NCBI GenBank assembly: GCA_938017515.1
Contig: CALIJJ010000065.1
Coordinates: 1,177-65,176 of the forward strand
Source: an uncultured Pseudanabaenaceae cyanobacterium
Lineage (GTDB): Bacteria > Cyanobacteriota > Cyanobacteriia > PCC-9006 > JAAUQQ01
Direction of reading: 5' to 3'
DNA length: 64,000 nt
The notes below the pieces were generated by a model. It worked only from the letters and a program-made list of their open reading frames with translations. It searched no databases and had not been told where the DNA came from. Positions 38,873-48,194 of this stretch are shown in pieces; position 1 is the stretch's first letter, and each line of letters opens with the position of its first letter. The translations under genes and the position numbers were made by a program.

Positions 38873-40135
38873 ATGCGCATTTGTTTAGGAATTGATTTCG
38901 GAACATCTGGGACTCGGGCGATCGCCCTAGCTCCGAATGGTGACGTTGTCTTTGAACACCATCTCGCCTTCGCACAGCAGTCTCCCCTAGCCCAACTTTG
39001 GCAGTCGGCACTGTTCGAACTGCTGGGAAACTTGCCCCATGACATCGCCTCACAACTGGAGGCGATCGCCATCAACGGCACTTCAGGAACCGTCCTCCTC
39101 TGCGACAACCAGGGCAATCCCCAAACAGAACCGCTCCTCTACAGCGACGATCGTGGCCGAGCTGTTTCAGCACAGGTTCAGGCCCTCGCGCCTCCCAACC
39201 ACCCCGTCCTCAGCGCCACCTCCAGCCTCAGCAAACTACTCTGGTGGCAGCAAGAATTCCAATGGAGCCCCAGCGAATCGACCCAGGGATGGAAACTTTT
39301 GCACCAGGCGGACTGGCTGGCATTTTTGCTGCATGGCAAATTGGCTATCTCGGATTATCACAATGCACTGAAGCTGGGTTATGACCCGGAAGCATTGGCC
39401 TACCCGGATTGGTTGGTAGAGCGTCCGTTGCGATCGCTCCTGCCCGATGTCCTGGCACCAGGACAAGTCATTGGAACCGTGAGCGATGCGATCGCCCAAC
39501 GTTTCAGCCTCAATCCCGACTGCAAAATTTGTGCCGGAACCACCGACAGCATCGCCGCATTCCTGGCCAGCGGCGTCAGTCACCCTGGAGACGCGGTCAC
39601 ATCCCTTGGCTCGACCCTCGTATTGAAGCTATTGAGTGAACATCGAGTTGATGACGCAACTTACGGCATCTACAGCCATCGTTTGGGTCATCGCTGGCTC
39701 GTAGGTGGCGCTTCCAATACTGGGGGAGCAGTGCTGCGTCAGTTTTTCGATGATGAGCAGCTTCAATCCCTGAGCCGACAACTCGATCCCGCGCATCCCT
39801 CCCCACTCACCTATTACCCATTACCTAAACCCGGTGAGCGCTTTCCCATTAACAATCCTGACCTACAACCTCAGCTGAGCCCTCGGCCCGATTCAGACGC
39901 TGCTTTTCTGCATGGATTGCTGGAAAGCATGGCACGCATTGAAGCAGAGGGATACGAGCGATTGCAATCCCTGGGCAGCTCCGCCCTGAACCAAGTCTTT
40001 ACAGCAGGGGGGGGCGCTCAAAATCCAGTTTGGGAAAGAATTCGACAACGCCACTTGCGGGTTCCCGTGACGGCTGCAGCTCAAACCCAGGCAGCCTACG
40101 GAACGGCTCGCCTTGCCCAAGGCATCCCCCTGTGA
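38873..40135 (+). CDS. FGGY-family carbohydrate kinase (ribulose/xylulose kinase-like)
   Basis: GIDFGTSG, GTTDSIAAF, SLGSTL, GGASNTGG, GERFP. Confidence 0.88.
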   Translation: MRICLGIDFGTSGTRAIALAPNGDVVFEHHLAFAQQSPLAQLWQSALFELLGNLPHDIASQLEAIAINGTSGTVLLCDNQGNPQTEPLLYSDDRGRAVSAQVQALAPPNHPVLSATSSLSKLLWWQQEFQWSPSESTQGWKLLHQADWLAFLLHGKLAISDYHNALKLGYDPEALAYPDWLVERPLRSLLPDVLAPGQVIGTVSDAIAQRFSLNPDCKICAGTTDSIAAFLASGVSHPGDAVTSLGSTLVLKLLSEHRVDDATYGIYSHRLGHRWLVGGASNTGGAVLRQFFDDEQLQSLSRQLDPAHPSPLTYYPLPKPGERFPINNPDLQPQLSPRPDSDAAFLHGLLESMARIEAEGYERLQSLGSSALNQVFTAGGGAQNPVWERIRQRHLRVPVTAAAQTQAAYGTARLAQGIPL

Positions 40136-40184
40136 TTCAGAGTAACAGGCTCCAGACAGGGGAGCATGACTCCAATTCTGTGAA

Positions 40185-42587
40185 TTACAGCTTAGGCAAG
40201 AGCTGCGGCAGAAGCGTCCCTGGAACCTGGGCAAGGGCACGATTTTGGCCCGAACTCCCCCAGATTTCGTAGTATTTGCGCACGGTCTGGGTTAGCACCT
40301 CCATCGCGGCTTCCTGAAGTTCTGGCTTTTGCTGCCACCCCTCCAATGCATTCACATGGTGGGTCAAGGCATTGTCCAGGTGTTCCTCCTGGTTCTCGCT
40401 TTCGCCATTGTCGCTGTAGTCCGTTGCCAGCTGGAAGTGGACTAGGCCTAAGTTGCTATGGGTTGAAGACAGATCAAAATTGAGTAGCGCAGCCTGGCCA
40501 TGTTCTTGGAGGAAGGCTGCGGCCTTCAGTGCCGCGCCGTAAGCTCGGATACTGAGCTGGAGATATTCTCGGGCTGCCGCCACATTATCTTGGGCTTGGT
40601 TAGCCAGCTGCCAATAAGCCGTCCCTAAATTGTTCTGCGTTGCAGCATAGCTGCCAGGCGCCACCTGGAGCGTCCGGAATCGCAGGGCATTGTTATAGGC
40701 ATTGACAGCCAGCAAGAGCCAGTCTTGGGCCATAAACGTCGCTGACTCATCACTGCCATCACCATCACCCCGACTAGGGGGCTCCGTCGCAGGCGCATGC
40801 TGGGCCAAGTTCCAGTAGGCAGTCCCCAGATTGTTCTGGATCATGGCATAGCTGTCGGGCTGCTCATCAGGGTTGTAATACTGGGCCGCTTGGGAATAGG
40901 CCGCGATCGCAGACTTCAGATTTTCCGGCGGTTTTTCATGCTGGGCCAAGTGCCAGTAAGCCGTACCGAGATTGTTTTGGGTGGAAGCATACTTTTGGGG
41001 GGAATGCTCCGGCTGACGGAAGCGCAGCGCCTCCTGATAGGCCGTCACCGCCTGCTGCAAGTTGTCGATGGGATCCTGCTGATGGGCCTGATCGCTATGG
41101 ACCGTTCCCAAATTGTTCTGCAGCATGGCATAGGAGCGGGACTGCTGCTCCGGGTCCGTATTCTTGAGGCCCAGACGGTAGGTCTGAATTGCCAGACGCA
41201 GGTAAGACTGTCCCATTTCTGGCGACTCCGGTTGGCGCGATGCCATCCAGTAAAGCGTACCGAGATCATTGAGCGTGTCGGGCCAGGAAATATTGCTCGT
41301 TTCCGCGCCGGGATCATTAAAGCAGAGCCACTCCAGTACCTGCTCATAGGCAACGATGGCGTAGCGAGTGAAGTCCTGGGAGGTGTCTCCCTTCTCCATG
41401 CGCTGGCGATAAAAGCGGCCTAAGTCGAGGTAAGCGAGAGCCAACGCCTCAGACGCACCACTTTGGCTGCGGAGGGTTTCAATGGTCGCCAATAACTTGG
41501 CTTCCTGTTGTTCCGCCTCAGTGGCACCCGGGGCAGGGGGAGGCGCCGGTAAGCGCGCTTGCGCAGGAGCCGCATTCGATTGCGTTTTCGCCACAGGCAC
41601 AGCGGCTGCCTCTGCGACTCCAGCATCGGTCTTCGACTCAGCCTCTTGGGCAACCCCGTCCTGAACCGCACCGTCCTGAACCGCAGCATCTTGAACCAGA
41701 CCAATGGAGCGAACACTCGGAACTGCGGGCGCGTCTGCCGCAGCCGCAGAGACCGGAACTTGCGAGTCTTGCGGGGCCTGTTTTGCCACGGGTGCAATAC
41801 GTTGCGCTGTGGCCACAGCCTGTTGCACCGCCATCACCGTACTGTTTTCAATACCGCTGCCCTGGGGAACATCATCATTGGTGAAGAGCGGTAGGGGCTC
41901 ACTCACAAACTCAAACACTCCACTACACCACTGCCAACATTCCGGCGCAGATTGACGGATGTTGTGGTACCAGGGCTGGGTCACCCACAACACCAATCCG
42001 GAATTCAAAGCAGGCAAATGGCGCTCTAGGGTCCGGAGATAGCTGAGAAACAAACGCTGCACAGCGGCGGGTTGTCGCGTGAGCTGTTCAATCCCCAAAA
42101 TCTGGAAGGCGGGCATGTTGGAACGAACATCAGCACCCGTCTGCTTCCGTAGCCAATGCGACACCTGCGCAATGGGATTGGGGTCCCCCAGATCAAGTTT
42201 TAGGCTAACAAGGCGATCGCGCTGCCCCCCTCTCCAATGCTCCGCAGCCCCCTCGCCTCCCAAGGGAGCATGACCATGCACAACGAAGCCATTGCTCGAG
42301 GCACCACCATTCGCAGCAGCACCGTTGGACGGCGCTGCATTCGCCGAAGAGGGATGCTTCGCTAGCTCACGGTGAAGCTGGCCCGCTAAACGATTCCTGA
42401 GATTCAGATCATCGCACACCACAACAAAGAGCTGGCGGCGCAGATCAAGACTGAGTGCCAGCTTCAAGCGCTGGTAGACCTGCTGGTTATCAGAAGAAAC
42501 GGATTGAACAGCGAAGTCGCTCATGGGGGGACCATCGAGTTGACGGTGGCTAGAGGGGGGACGGTCAAGCAGAGTGGCCACAGGCAC
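40185..42587 (-). CDS. TPR-repeat protein with conserved N-terminal domain
   Basis: Repeated QNNLGTAYW TPR motifs in the C-terminal half; Ala/Pro-rich linker; GTG start. Confidence 0.85.
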   Translation of the reverse strand: MPVATLLDRPPSSHRQLDGPPMSDFAVQSVSSDNQQVYQRLKLALSLDLRRQLFVVVCDDLNLRNRLAGQLHRELAKHPSSANAAPSNGAAANGGASSNGFVVHGHAPLGGEGAAEHWRGGQRDRLVSLKLDLGDPNPIAQVSHWLRKQTGADVRSNMPAFQILGIEQLTRQPAAVQRLFLSYLRTLERHLPALNSGLVLWVTQPWYHNIRQSAPECWQWCSGVFEFVSEPLPLFTNDDVPQGSGIENSTVMAVQQAVATAQRIAPVAKQAPQDSQVPVSAAAADAPAVPSVRSIGLVQDAAVQDGAVQDGVAQEAESKTDAGVAEAAAVPVAKTQSNAAPAQARLPAPPPAPGATEAEQQEAKLLATIETLRSQSGASEALALAYLDLGRFYRQRMEKGDTSQDFTRYAIVAYEQVLEWLCFNDPGAETSNISWPDTLNDLGTLYWMASRQPESPEMGQSYLRLAIQTYRLGLKNTDPEQQSRSYAMLQNNLGTVHSDQAHQQDPIDNLQQAVTAYQEALRFRQPEHSPQKYASTQNNLGTAYWHLAQHEKPPENLKSAIAAYSQAAQYYNPDEQPDSYAMIQNNLGTAYWNLAQHAPATEPPSRGDGDGSDESATFMAQDWLLLAVNAYNNALRFRTLQVAPGSYAATQNNLGTAYWQLANQAQDNVAAAREYLQLSIRAYGAALKAAAFLQEHGQAALLNFDLSSTHSNLGLVHFQLATDYSDNGESENQEEHLDNALTHHVNALEGWQQKPELQEAAMEVLTQTVRKYYEIWGSSGQNRALAQVPGTLLPQLLPKL
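41656..41700. repeat. 3 x 15-bp in-frame repeat (VQDGA-like)
   Basis: CCGTCCTGAACCGCA twice plus a diverged third unit. Confidence 0.85.
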
Positions 42588-42755
42588 AGATTAGGTACAG
42601 TTTCATCGAAAGTGCTGAAGTCTGTGAAGGTAGCAGTGGGCCCTGTGCGCCTTCACACATGACCCCCCATCACAGAGCTCAAATCGTATCCCGTACCTTA
42701 TTTCGTCTGTAGAGTTATTTTAGTCACTAACTCCCATTGGATCTAGGTCGGTTTT

Positions 42756-42839
42756 GGGCCAATCATTCGGCCAATCTTCGGGCCAGTGCTAGAGCGAATA
42801 CGAGAGCCAGCGACAGGGCCAGCACCCGGGTCAAAGCCA
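42756..42839. repeat. Degenerate 7 x 12-bp array
   Basis: GGGCCAATCATT, CGGCCAATCTTC, GGGCCAGTGCTA, GAGCGAATACGA, GAGCCAGCGACA, GGGCCAGCACCC, GGGTCAAAGCCA. Confidence 0.6.
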
Positions 42840-43138
42840 CCCCCAAACTTGGGGTGACTCTGCCGGTTCAGTATCTCGAAGCCAATCGAAGTGATTACTT
42901 CTTCATGGCTAACATCTATTGCTCAGGATGGATAACACAAAAACTGGGGATACGACCGCGAGATTCTGTTACAACCGATACTTTTCAGGATTTTTATTGA
43001 TAAATTTTTAGCAAATTTTGGGAGCATGAGCCACGCCCCCTCAGTTCCGACGAACAAATTATGACGACGACCAGGGACTTACAAGGATCGTCGTCACCCA
43101 TCAGCCATCAACAGGATTAACCGCACGAACCGGTTCAT

Positions 43139-43774
43139 TCATCCCCGAAAACGGGCCCAAGCATCACCAAGGCTCTGGGGCGTCACAGCAGAAAGGGGCT
43201 CTAGCTCTGCCAGAATTTGCGTCTGACCGTAGTGGGCGATCGCCTCACGGTTCCCTGGATTGCACGGACCATTGAGCACCACTCCGAGCAGCGGAATAGC
43301 CCGCTGACGCAGACATTCAATCGACAGCAATGTGTGGTTGATGGTTCCCAACGTACTGCGGGCCACAAGCACCACCGGCAATCCGAGATGTCGAATCAAA
43401 TCCGTCATGTAATGTTGCGAATTGATGGGCACGAGAAGTCCTCCCGCCCCTTCCACAATCAGGTGCTTCGTTTCGATTGGGGGCAAGGCAAAGTCTTGAA
43501 GACGAATTTCAACCCCATCGATCGCTGCTGCCGCGTGGGGGGAAAGGGGCTCTGTCAGGCAAAAGCGCTCGGGCAAAAAGTGAGCTGCGGCCAATCCCGT
43601 GGCTTGCCGAACAAAGTCCCGATCATGGGGTGTTCCCGACTGAATCGGCTTCCAATAGGTCGCCCCTAGGCCCAGGGTCAGCAGAGCGGAAACGACACTT
43701 TTACCGACATCGGTATCAGTGCCGGTAACAAAGCAAGCAGGCGGGAATGTGAAGCCAGAAGAGAGTGTCATCAT
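43139..43774 (-). CDS. bioD: Dethiobiotin synthetase
   Basis: FVTGTDTDVGKS, YWKPIQSG, SPHAAA, VEGAGG, LGTINHT. Confidence 0.95.
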   Translation of the reverse strand: MMTLSSGFTFPPACFVTGTDTDVGKSVVSALLTLGLGATYWKPIQSGTPHDRDFVRQATGLAAAHFLPERFCLTEPLSPHAAAAIDGVEIRLQDFALPPIETKHLIVEGAGGLLVPINSQHYMTDLIRHLGLPVVLVARSTLGTINHTLLSIECLRQRAIPLLGVVLNGPCNPGNREAIAHYGQTQILAELEPLSAVTPQSLGDAWARFRG

Positions 43775-43804
43775 CGGATTGGGATAGGGCTTCCATCTGG
43801 ACAG

Positions 43805-44758
43805 TTATTCGAAATTACGATTTTGAATCGCGAGACAAACCGCATGATATTGATCAGTGATGCCATGGGAGCTGTGTTGGTTCCAGCGGGTAATCAAATG
43901 ACGAAACTGGGCAGGGGTTGGACGGGGGAGATCGCTCCGCTTTTCCCTCGAGATTTGATTTTGGGCACCGATGGCTTTGAAGTGCCGCAGGAAAGCAAGG
44001 GCATTATCGAATTGCAGGGGCAGCCAGTGGGCTTCGCTGATGCTGTGACTATCGCGCGATCGCAACCCTGCCAACAACACCTCCGCATCGGGCAAATCCC
44101 TGGCAGGAAACGGCAGGTCCAGGGCTTCGCAATGGGATCGCCACTGCGGAAAGCTACGACGGCTCGGAAACGACACCAGCAACCATCCCCCCGGCATCAG
44201 CAACCGCCGCAACTGCTCAAGACTCCGTTGCGGCGTCTGAAACCATTGCAGGGCAAAGTTGCTCGCGATCAGGGCATAGGGCCCCGCTGGGGATGGAATC
44301 GCCTCTGCATCAAGGGCAGAAAACCTGATCGTTGCCGAATTTTCTGAAGCTGCAACATCTGGTCTGGCAAAAGCTGTGGCCATCTGCCGCTGGCATTCCG
44401 CCACCATGGCCGGGGACAAATCGGTTATCTCTAGCGCATGGTCTTTGGCAAAGCGTGCGATTAAGCCTTGGGTGAGGAAACCAGTGCCGCAACCAAATTC
44501 GAGAATGGGGCCAGCAGGAAGGCTTTGGAAATGAAGGTTGGAGCGATCGCCAGACCCTTCATCCTCTGGGCAGTCATCTGCTCGGGAAACACGACTCAGC
44601 AAATCCAGCAATATGTGGGCACAGGCGCGTTGGGCAGTGGCCTGGTTGGCGTAGGTGGTGCTGGCTTGGCCAAAGGATTGGGCGATCGCCTGTTTGTAGC
44701 GATCATCTTTCGGATCGTTTCGGGGCAAGGACGAAAATTGAGGACCAGATTCAAACAT
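43805..44758 (-). CDS. bioC: Malonyl-ACP O-methyltransferase
   Basis: SFGQASTTY...Q, LEFGCGTG, DLSPAM, SNFALQW, FKAIGA; bio cluster context. Confidence 0.85.
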   Translation of the reverse strand: MFESGPQFSSLPRNDPKDDRYKQAIAQSFGQASTTYANQATAQRACAHILLDLLSRVSRADDCPEDEGSGDRSNLHFQSLPAGPILEFGCGTGFLTQGLIARFAKDHALEITDLSPAMVAECQRQMATAFARPDVAASENSATIRFSALDAEAIPSPAGPYALIASNFALQWFQTPQRSLEQLRRLLMPGGWLLVSFPSRRSFPQWRSHCEALDLPFPARDLPDAEVLLAGLRSRDSHSISEAHWLPLQFDNALAFLRHFKAIGAQNQISREKRSDLPRPTPAQFRHLITRWNQHSSHGITDQYHAVCLAIQNRNFE

Positions 44759-44800
44759 AGCGCTCGGACTCCAGCCTCCATTATCAGGTGGCGGGTTGCC

Positions 44801-45553
44801 CTAAAGCGATAAATATTCTCGACATTTTTCCCAACAAACCTGGGCTTGGGTAGCGGGCAGGGCATGGGGGCCATCGTGATAAATCAGAGCAGGACGCTGG
44901 CGTAAAGCCTGAACCAGATCCGCCGCCCGAGCGGGCGCAACAATGCGATCCTGGTTGCCTTGGAAAACCACCATTTGGTTGGGTCGCTGGGCCAGGAATT
45001 CCGCACAGAGCAGCGAATGATCCAAGTCTTGCAGATCGTGACTCAAAACCTGCTGCGAGGCTTGGCTCTGCAAAACCGCAGCGTTGACCGGAACATGGCC
45101 ACAATTTTGCCAGAACGCCCGCAAGACCGCTTCCGGGTCGCTCTGAAACTGGTCAATCATTTGCTTGAGGATACGCTGGGAACGTCGCTGAAAGCGGCGC
45201 TCGCTGGGATGAAAGTTGACGAAGCTTGCAAATACAACCACAGCATCTGCAATGCGCAACTGCTGCGGGGGACAGAGATGCAAGCCGTAGGAATGGGCAA
45301 AAATAATTTTGCGCGTTTGGGGATAGCTGAACGTGGGTTTATGAGGCTGGCCAAAGTAGCCTCGGTCAAAACATTTCAGCGCAACATTCTGCCCTGCCAA
45401 TAGCGGTTCCCAGGACTTCCAAAAGTGGCGATCGTAGCCCCAACCATGATAGGCAATGACCTCAGCCACAGGTTCCACAGCCACAGATTCCACAGCCACA
45501 GATTCCACACCCGCAGATTCCACACCCGATGATGATGGGGGGATCACCATCAT
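44801..45553 (-). CDS. Alpha/beta hydrolase, pimeloyl-ACP methyl ester esterase (BioH/BioK-like)
   Basis: HGWG, DRGYFG, AHSYG nucleophile, QDRIV and GPHAL triad motifs; lies between bioF and bioC. Confidence 0.75.
   Translation of the reverse strand: MMVIPPSSSGVESAGVESVAVESVAVEPVAEVIAYHGWGYDRHFWKSWEPLLAGQNVALKCFDRGYFGQPHKPTFSYPQTRKIIFAHSYGLHLCPPQQLRIADAVVVFASFVNFHPSERRFQRRSQRILKQMIDQFQSDPEAVLRAFWQNCGHVPVNAAVLQSQASQQVLSHDLQDLDHSLLCAEFLAQRPNQMVVFQGNQDRIVAPARAADLVQALRQRPALIYHDGPHALPATQAQVCWEKCREYLSL
45466..45525. repeat. 4 x 15-bp in-frame repeat (VESVA)
   Basis: CCACAGATTCCACAS-like units. Confidence 0.9.
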
Positions 45554-45969
45554 GAACGAGGCGACTGCAACGACTCAATCGCCCATTGCTCACCATTTTT
45601 CAAAAAGACAAAGGAAAGGGGAACCTCCTTGCCCGAACTTAGCTCAACGGTGATGTCGAGGGCATGGGCTTCACCTTCGATTTTCGGCGGTGCTAGCTTT
45701 GTGCGCTTGTACTGCTTGAGCTGGTTCTTTTTGATGAACTGAACAAACGTCTTACGATTCACGCGACGGCGATAGTCCTGGGTGGTCATCTGATAGGCTG
45801 CATCAATGTTGCCGGTGACAACCGCCGCAAAAAAATTATTCAGCGCCTGGGGCAATCCCTTGGTCTTGCGCAGAATCGTGAAGGCCACCGAGCCCCAAAT
45901 CACAATCAAAATTCCGAGCACACTGGCTGCGCCAATGCCGACGTAGGTCAGAGTATTGGAAAATTCCAC
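45550..45969 (-). CDS. Single-TM membrane protein with NTF2/DUF4864-like soluble domain
   Basis: N-terminal TM; FFAAVVTGNIDAAYQMTT, FVFLKNGEQWAIE; ATGA overlap with the esterase gene. Confidence 0.75.
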   Translation of the reverse strand: MEFSNTLTYVGIGAASVLGILIVIWGSVAFTILRKTKGLPQALNNFFAAVVTGNIDAAYQMTTQDYRRRVNRKTFVQFIKKNQLKQYKRTKLAPPKIEGEAHALDITVELSSGKEVPLSFVFLKNGEQWAIESLQSPRS

Positions 45970-46010
45970 GCACGATTCACCATCTAGATCGCCTTAAATC
46001 GTAACAGCCT

Positions 46011-47279
46011 TCAGGTCCCTGACTCGCGATCTTGCGGTCCTCTTCTAGCCATCTTTAAGGCACTAACAAGTTGCTCCAAATGCGATCGCCCATGACAAGC
46101 CGAGAGAGCAAACCGAAGTCGCGATGTTCCGGCAGCCACCGTCGGCGGGCGAATCGCCGTCGCCAAGCAGCCCTGCGCCTCTAGGTGCTGAGCCAGAGAC
46201 AGCGTTTCATCTTCAGGCCCAACGATCGCCGGCACAATCTGTGAGGTCGAGCCCGCCGTCGCGTAACCGAACGCCTCAAGTTGAATTCGCAACCAATCGG
46301 CTTCCCCCAGCAACTGCTTGCGCACGTCTTCGAGTGTTGGAAACAATCCGATCGCCGCCGTCACAGCCCCCACAATTCCGGGGGGCAGCGCCGTGGTGTA
46401 AATCACCCCCGGGCAAAAATTCACGAGATAATCCCGCACCACTGCCGAGCAGGCCACAAAGGCCCCCGAAGCCCCGCAAGATTTCCCAAAGGTTCCCACG
46501 ACAATATCAACCCCCGGTTGCTGGGCCGCCAGCCCCATCCCCCCTGGCCCAAGCACCCCCAAGGCATGGGCATCATCCAGGTAGAGAATGGCACCGTAGC
46601 GATCGCTCAAATCCACCAGTGCAGAGACATCGCTGCGATCGCCATCCATGCTAAACACCGTCTCACTAACAATCATCACCCGGCTGTAGCGCTTATCTTG
46701 GTGCCTTTGCAACTGCCTTTCTAACGCATCCAAATCGTTGTGCGGATAACGAACAAAGCGAGCGCCGCTGGAGCGAATGCCCTGAATCAAACTGTTGTGA
46801 ATCAAGCGATCGCACAGAACCAAAGCATCCCGGTCCAACAGGGTTGGAAGAATTGTTGCGTTGGCCTGGAAGCCTGTCCCAAAAAGCAGTGCAGCTTCTT
46901 TTCCAAGGGCCGTCGCGAGCTGCACTTCCAAGGCACGATGAATCTCAAAACTCCCCGCCACGAGGCGCGAGGCCGTGGCTCCAGTGCCATAGCGCTGGGT
47001 GTAGTCCACGGCCTTGGCAATCACCTCGGGATGCTTGGCAAGACCGAGGTAATCATTGGCGCTGAAGTTGAGGAGTGTGCGTTCCCCTTGGGGGGTCTGC
47101 CTACGGACGTGAATGGCATCCAGGGGATTGAGATCGGGCAAGTGTCGGCGGCGATGGCTGCGATCGCGTTCTGCAAGGGCCGTTTCCACAAAGCGCCACT
47201 TGCCGGGGAAGGGCGAATCGGTCAAGTCAGGTGCAGAGTCGAGCCGGTCAGGGGGAGCAGACATGGGAGCGATCGCCAA
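46011..47279 (-). CDS. bioF: 8-amino-7-oxononanoate synthase
   Basis: NFSANDYLGL, ASRLV, GFQAN, HNS, FSMDGD, DDAHALG, GTFGKS, IRPPTV; start may be 47264. Confidence 0.95.
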   Translation of the reverse strand: MAIAPMSAPPDRLDSAPDLTDSPFPGKWRFVETALAERDRSHRRRHLPDLNPLDAIHVRRQTPQGERTLLNFSANDYLGLAKHPEVIAKAVDYTQRYGTGATASRLVAGSFEIHRALEVQLATALGKEAALLFGTGFQANATILPTLLDRDALVLCDRLIHNSLIQGIRSSGARFVRYPHNDLDALERQLQRHQDKRYSRVMIVSETVFSMDGDRSDVSALVDLSDRYGAILYLDDAHALGVLGPGGMGLAAQQPGVDIVVGTFGKSCGASGAFVACSAVVRDYLVNFCPGVIYTTALPPGIVGAVTAAIGLFPTLEDVRKQLLGEADWLRIQLEAFGYATAGSTSQIVPAIVGPEDETLSLAQHLEAQGCLATAIRPPTVAAGTSRLRFALSACHGRSHLEQLVSALKMARRGPQDRESGT

Positions 47280-47342
47280 GGGAATAGGCTCCCATCATGG
47301 CATTCCAGAGACCGCTCTGGGGGAGGCCAGTACTGGGGCAGA

Positions 47343-48104
47343 TTACGAAGCCGATGCTGCCGCTTGGAGCAGGGCGATCGCCTCAGGCTGATTATAAATT
47401 TTGGCAATATCCAGTGCCGTTTCCCCATCACTCGCTGTCACCCGAGGATCCGCGCCAGCATCCAGCAAAAATCGCAGCACCGCTGGCTGACCGTAGCGAG
47501 CAGCCTCCATCAGGGGCGTCGCGCTGCAATGTTCCAAATTGGGATTGGCACCGTGCTTCAGTAAACGACTCAGAATGGACACGATACGTCCCTGGGGCAG
47601 GGGGCGTAGCTGCATCGGTCCCTCGGGCGTTTGCCGAACAATGCCTTGCACCGCAGCCCCAGCATCCACCGCAACCCAGTGGGTCGCTCCCGCCGCTAAA
47701 ATCATCGCGGTATCACCATCCGCAGACACCGCATTCACCTCAGCTCCGGCCTTAAGCAGCCAATGCACAAGCTTAGAATCACAGGCTGCGGCTGCCCGCA
47801 TGAGCGGCGTTTGACCTTCAGCATCGGCCACATTGACCGCTCCACCAGCCTGCAATAGGAGCTTGGCTGCCGCACGGTGTCCCGTTTCCACAGCCAGAAA
47901 CAGCGGCGTACGGCCTTCGCTGTCTTGCACGGATGTATCGAGAGGGAAGTGCCCATGCGGCATATTGAGCAGCGCCTTTAATCCTTCCAGATCTCCCGCT
48001 GCAACAGCCTTGAACAGCAAGCACTCGGTCGTCGGACTGTTACCTGGGCTCACCGAATGGTCTGGAGCACAATTAGCGAAATTTGGGGTCACTGAAGCAG
48101 GCAT
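47343..48104 (-). CDS. Ankyrin-repeat protein
   Basis: GRTPLFLA, GQTPLMRA, GDTAMILA, ATPLMEAA, GETALDIA. Confidence 0.9.
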   Translation of the reverse strand: MPASVTPNFANCAPDHSVSPGNSPTTECLLFKAVAAGDLEGLKALLNMPHGHFPLDTSVQDSEGRTPLFLAVETGHRAAAKLLLQAGGAVNVADAEGQTPLMRAAAACDSKLVHWLLKAGAEVNAVSADGDTAMILAAGATHWVAVDAGAAVQGIVRQTPEGPMQLRPLPQGRIVSILSRLLKHGANPNLEHCSATPLMEAARYGQPAVLRFLLDAGADPRVTASDGETALDIAKIYNQPEAIALLQAAASAS

Positions 48105-48194
48105 GACGAAGCCGGTACCGAACCAGCACTAAACGGGCAATCTACTTCCAAAATACCCAGCCAAGATTGCCCACCATCATCGTGATGGATAGGG

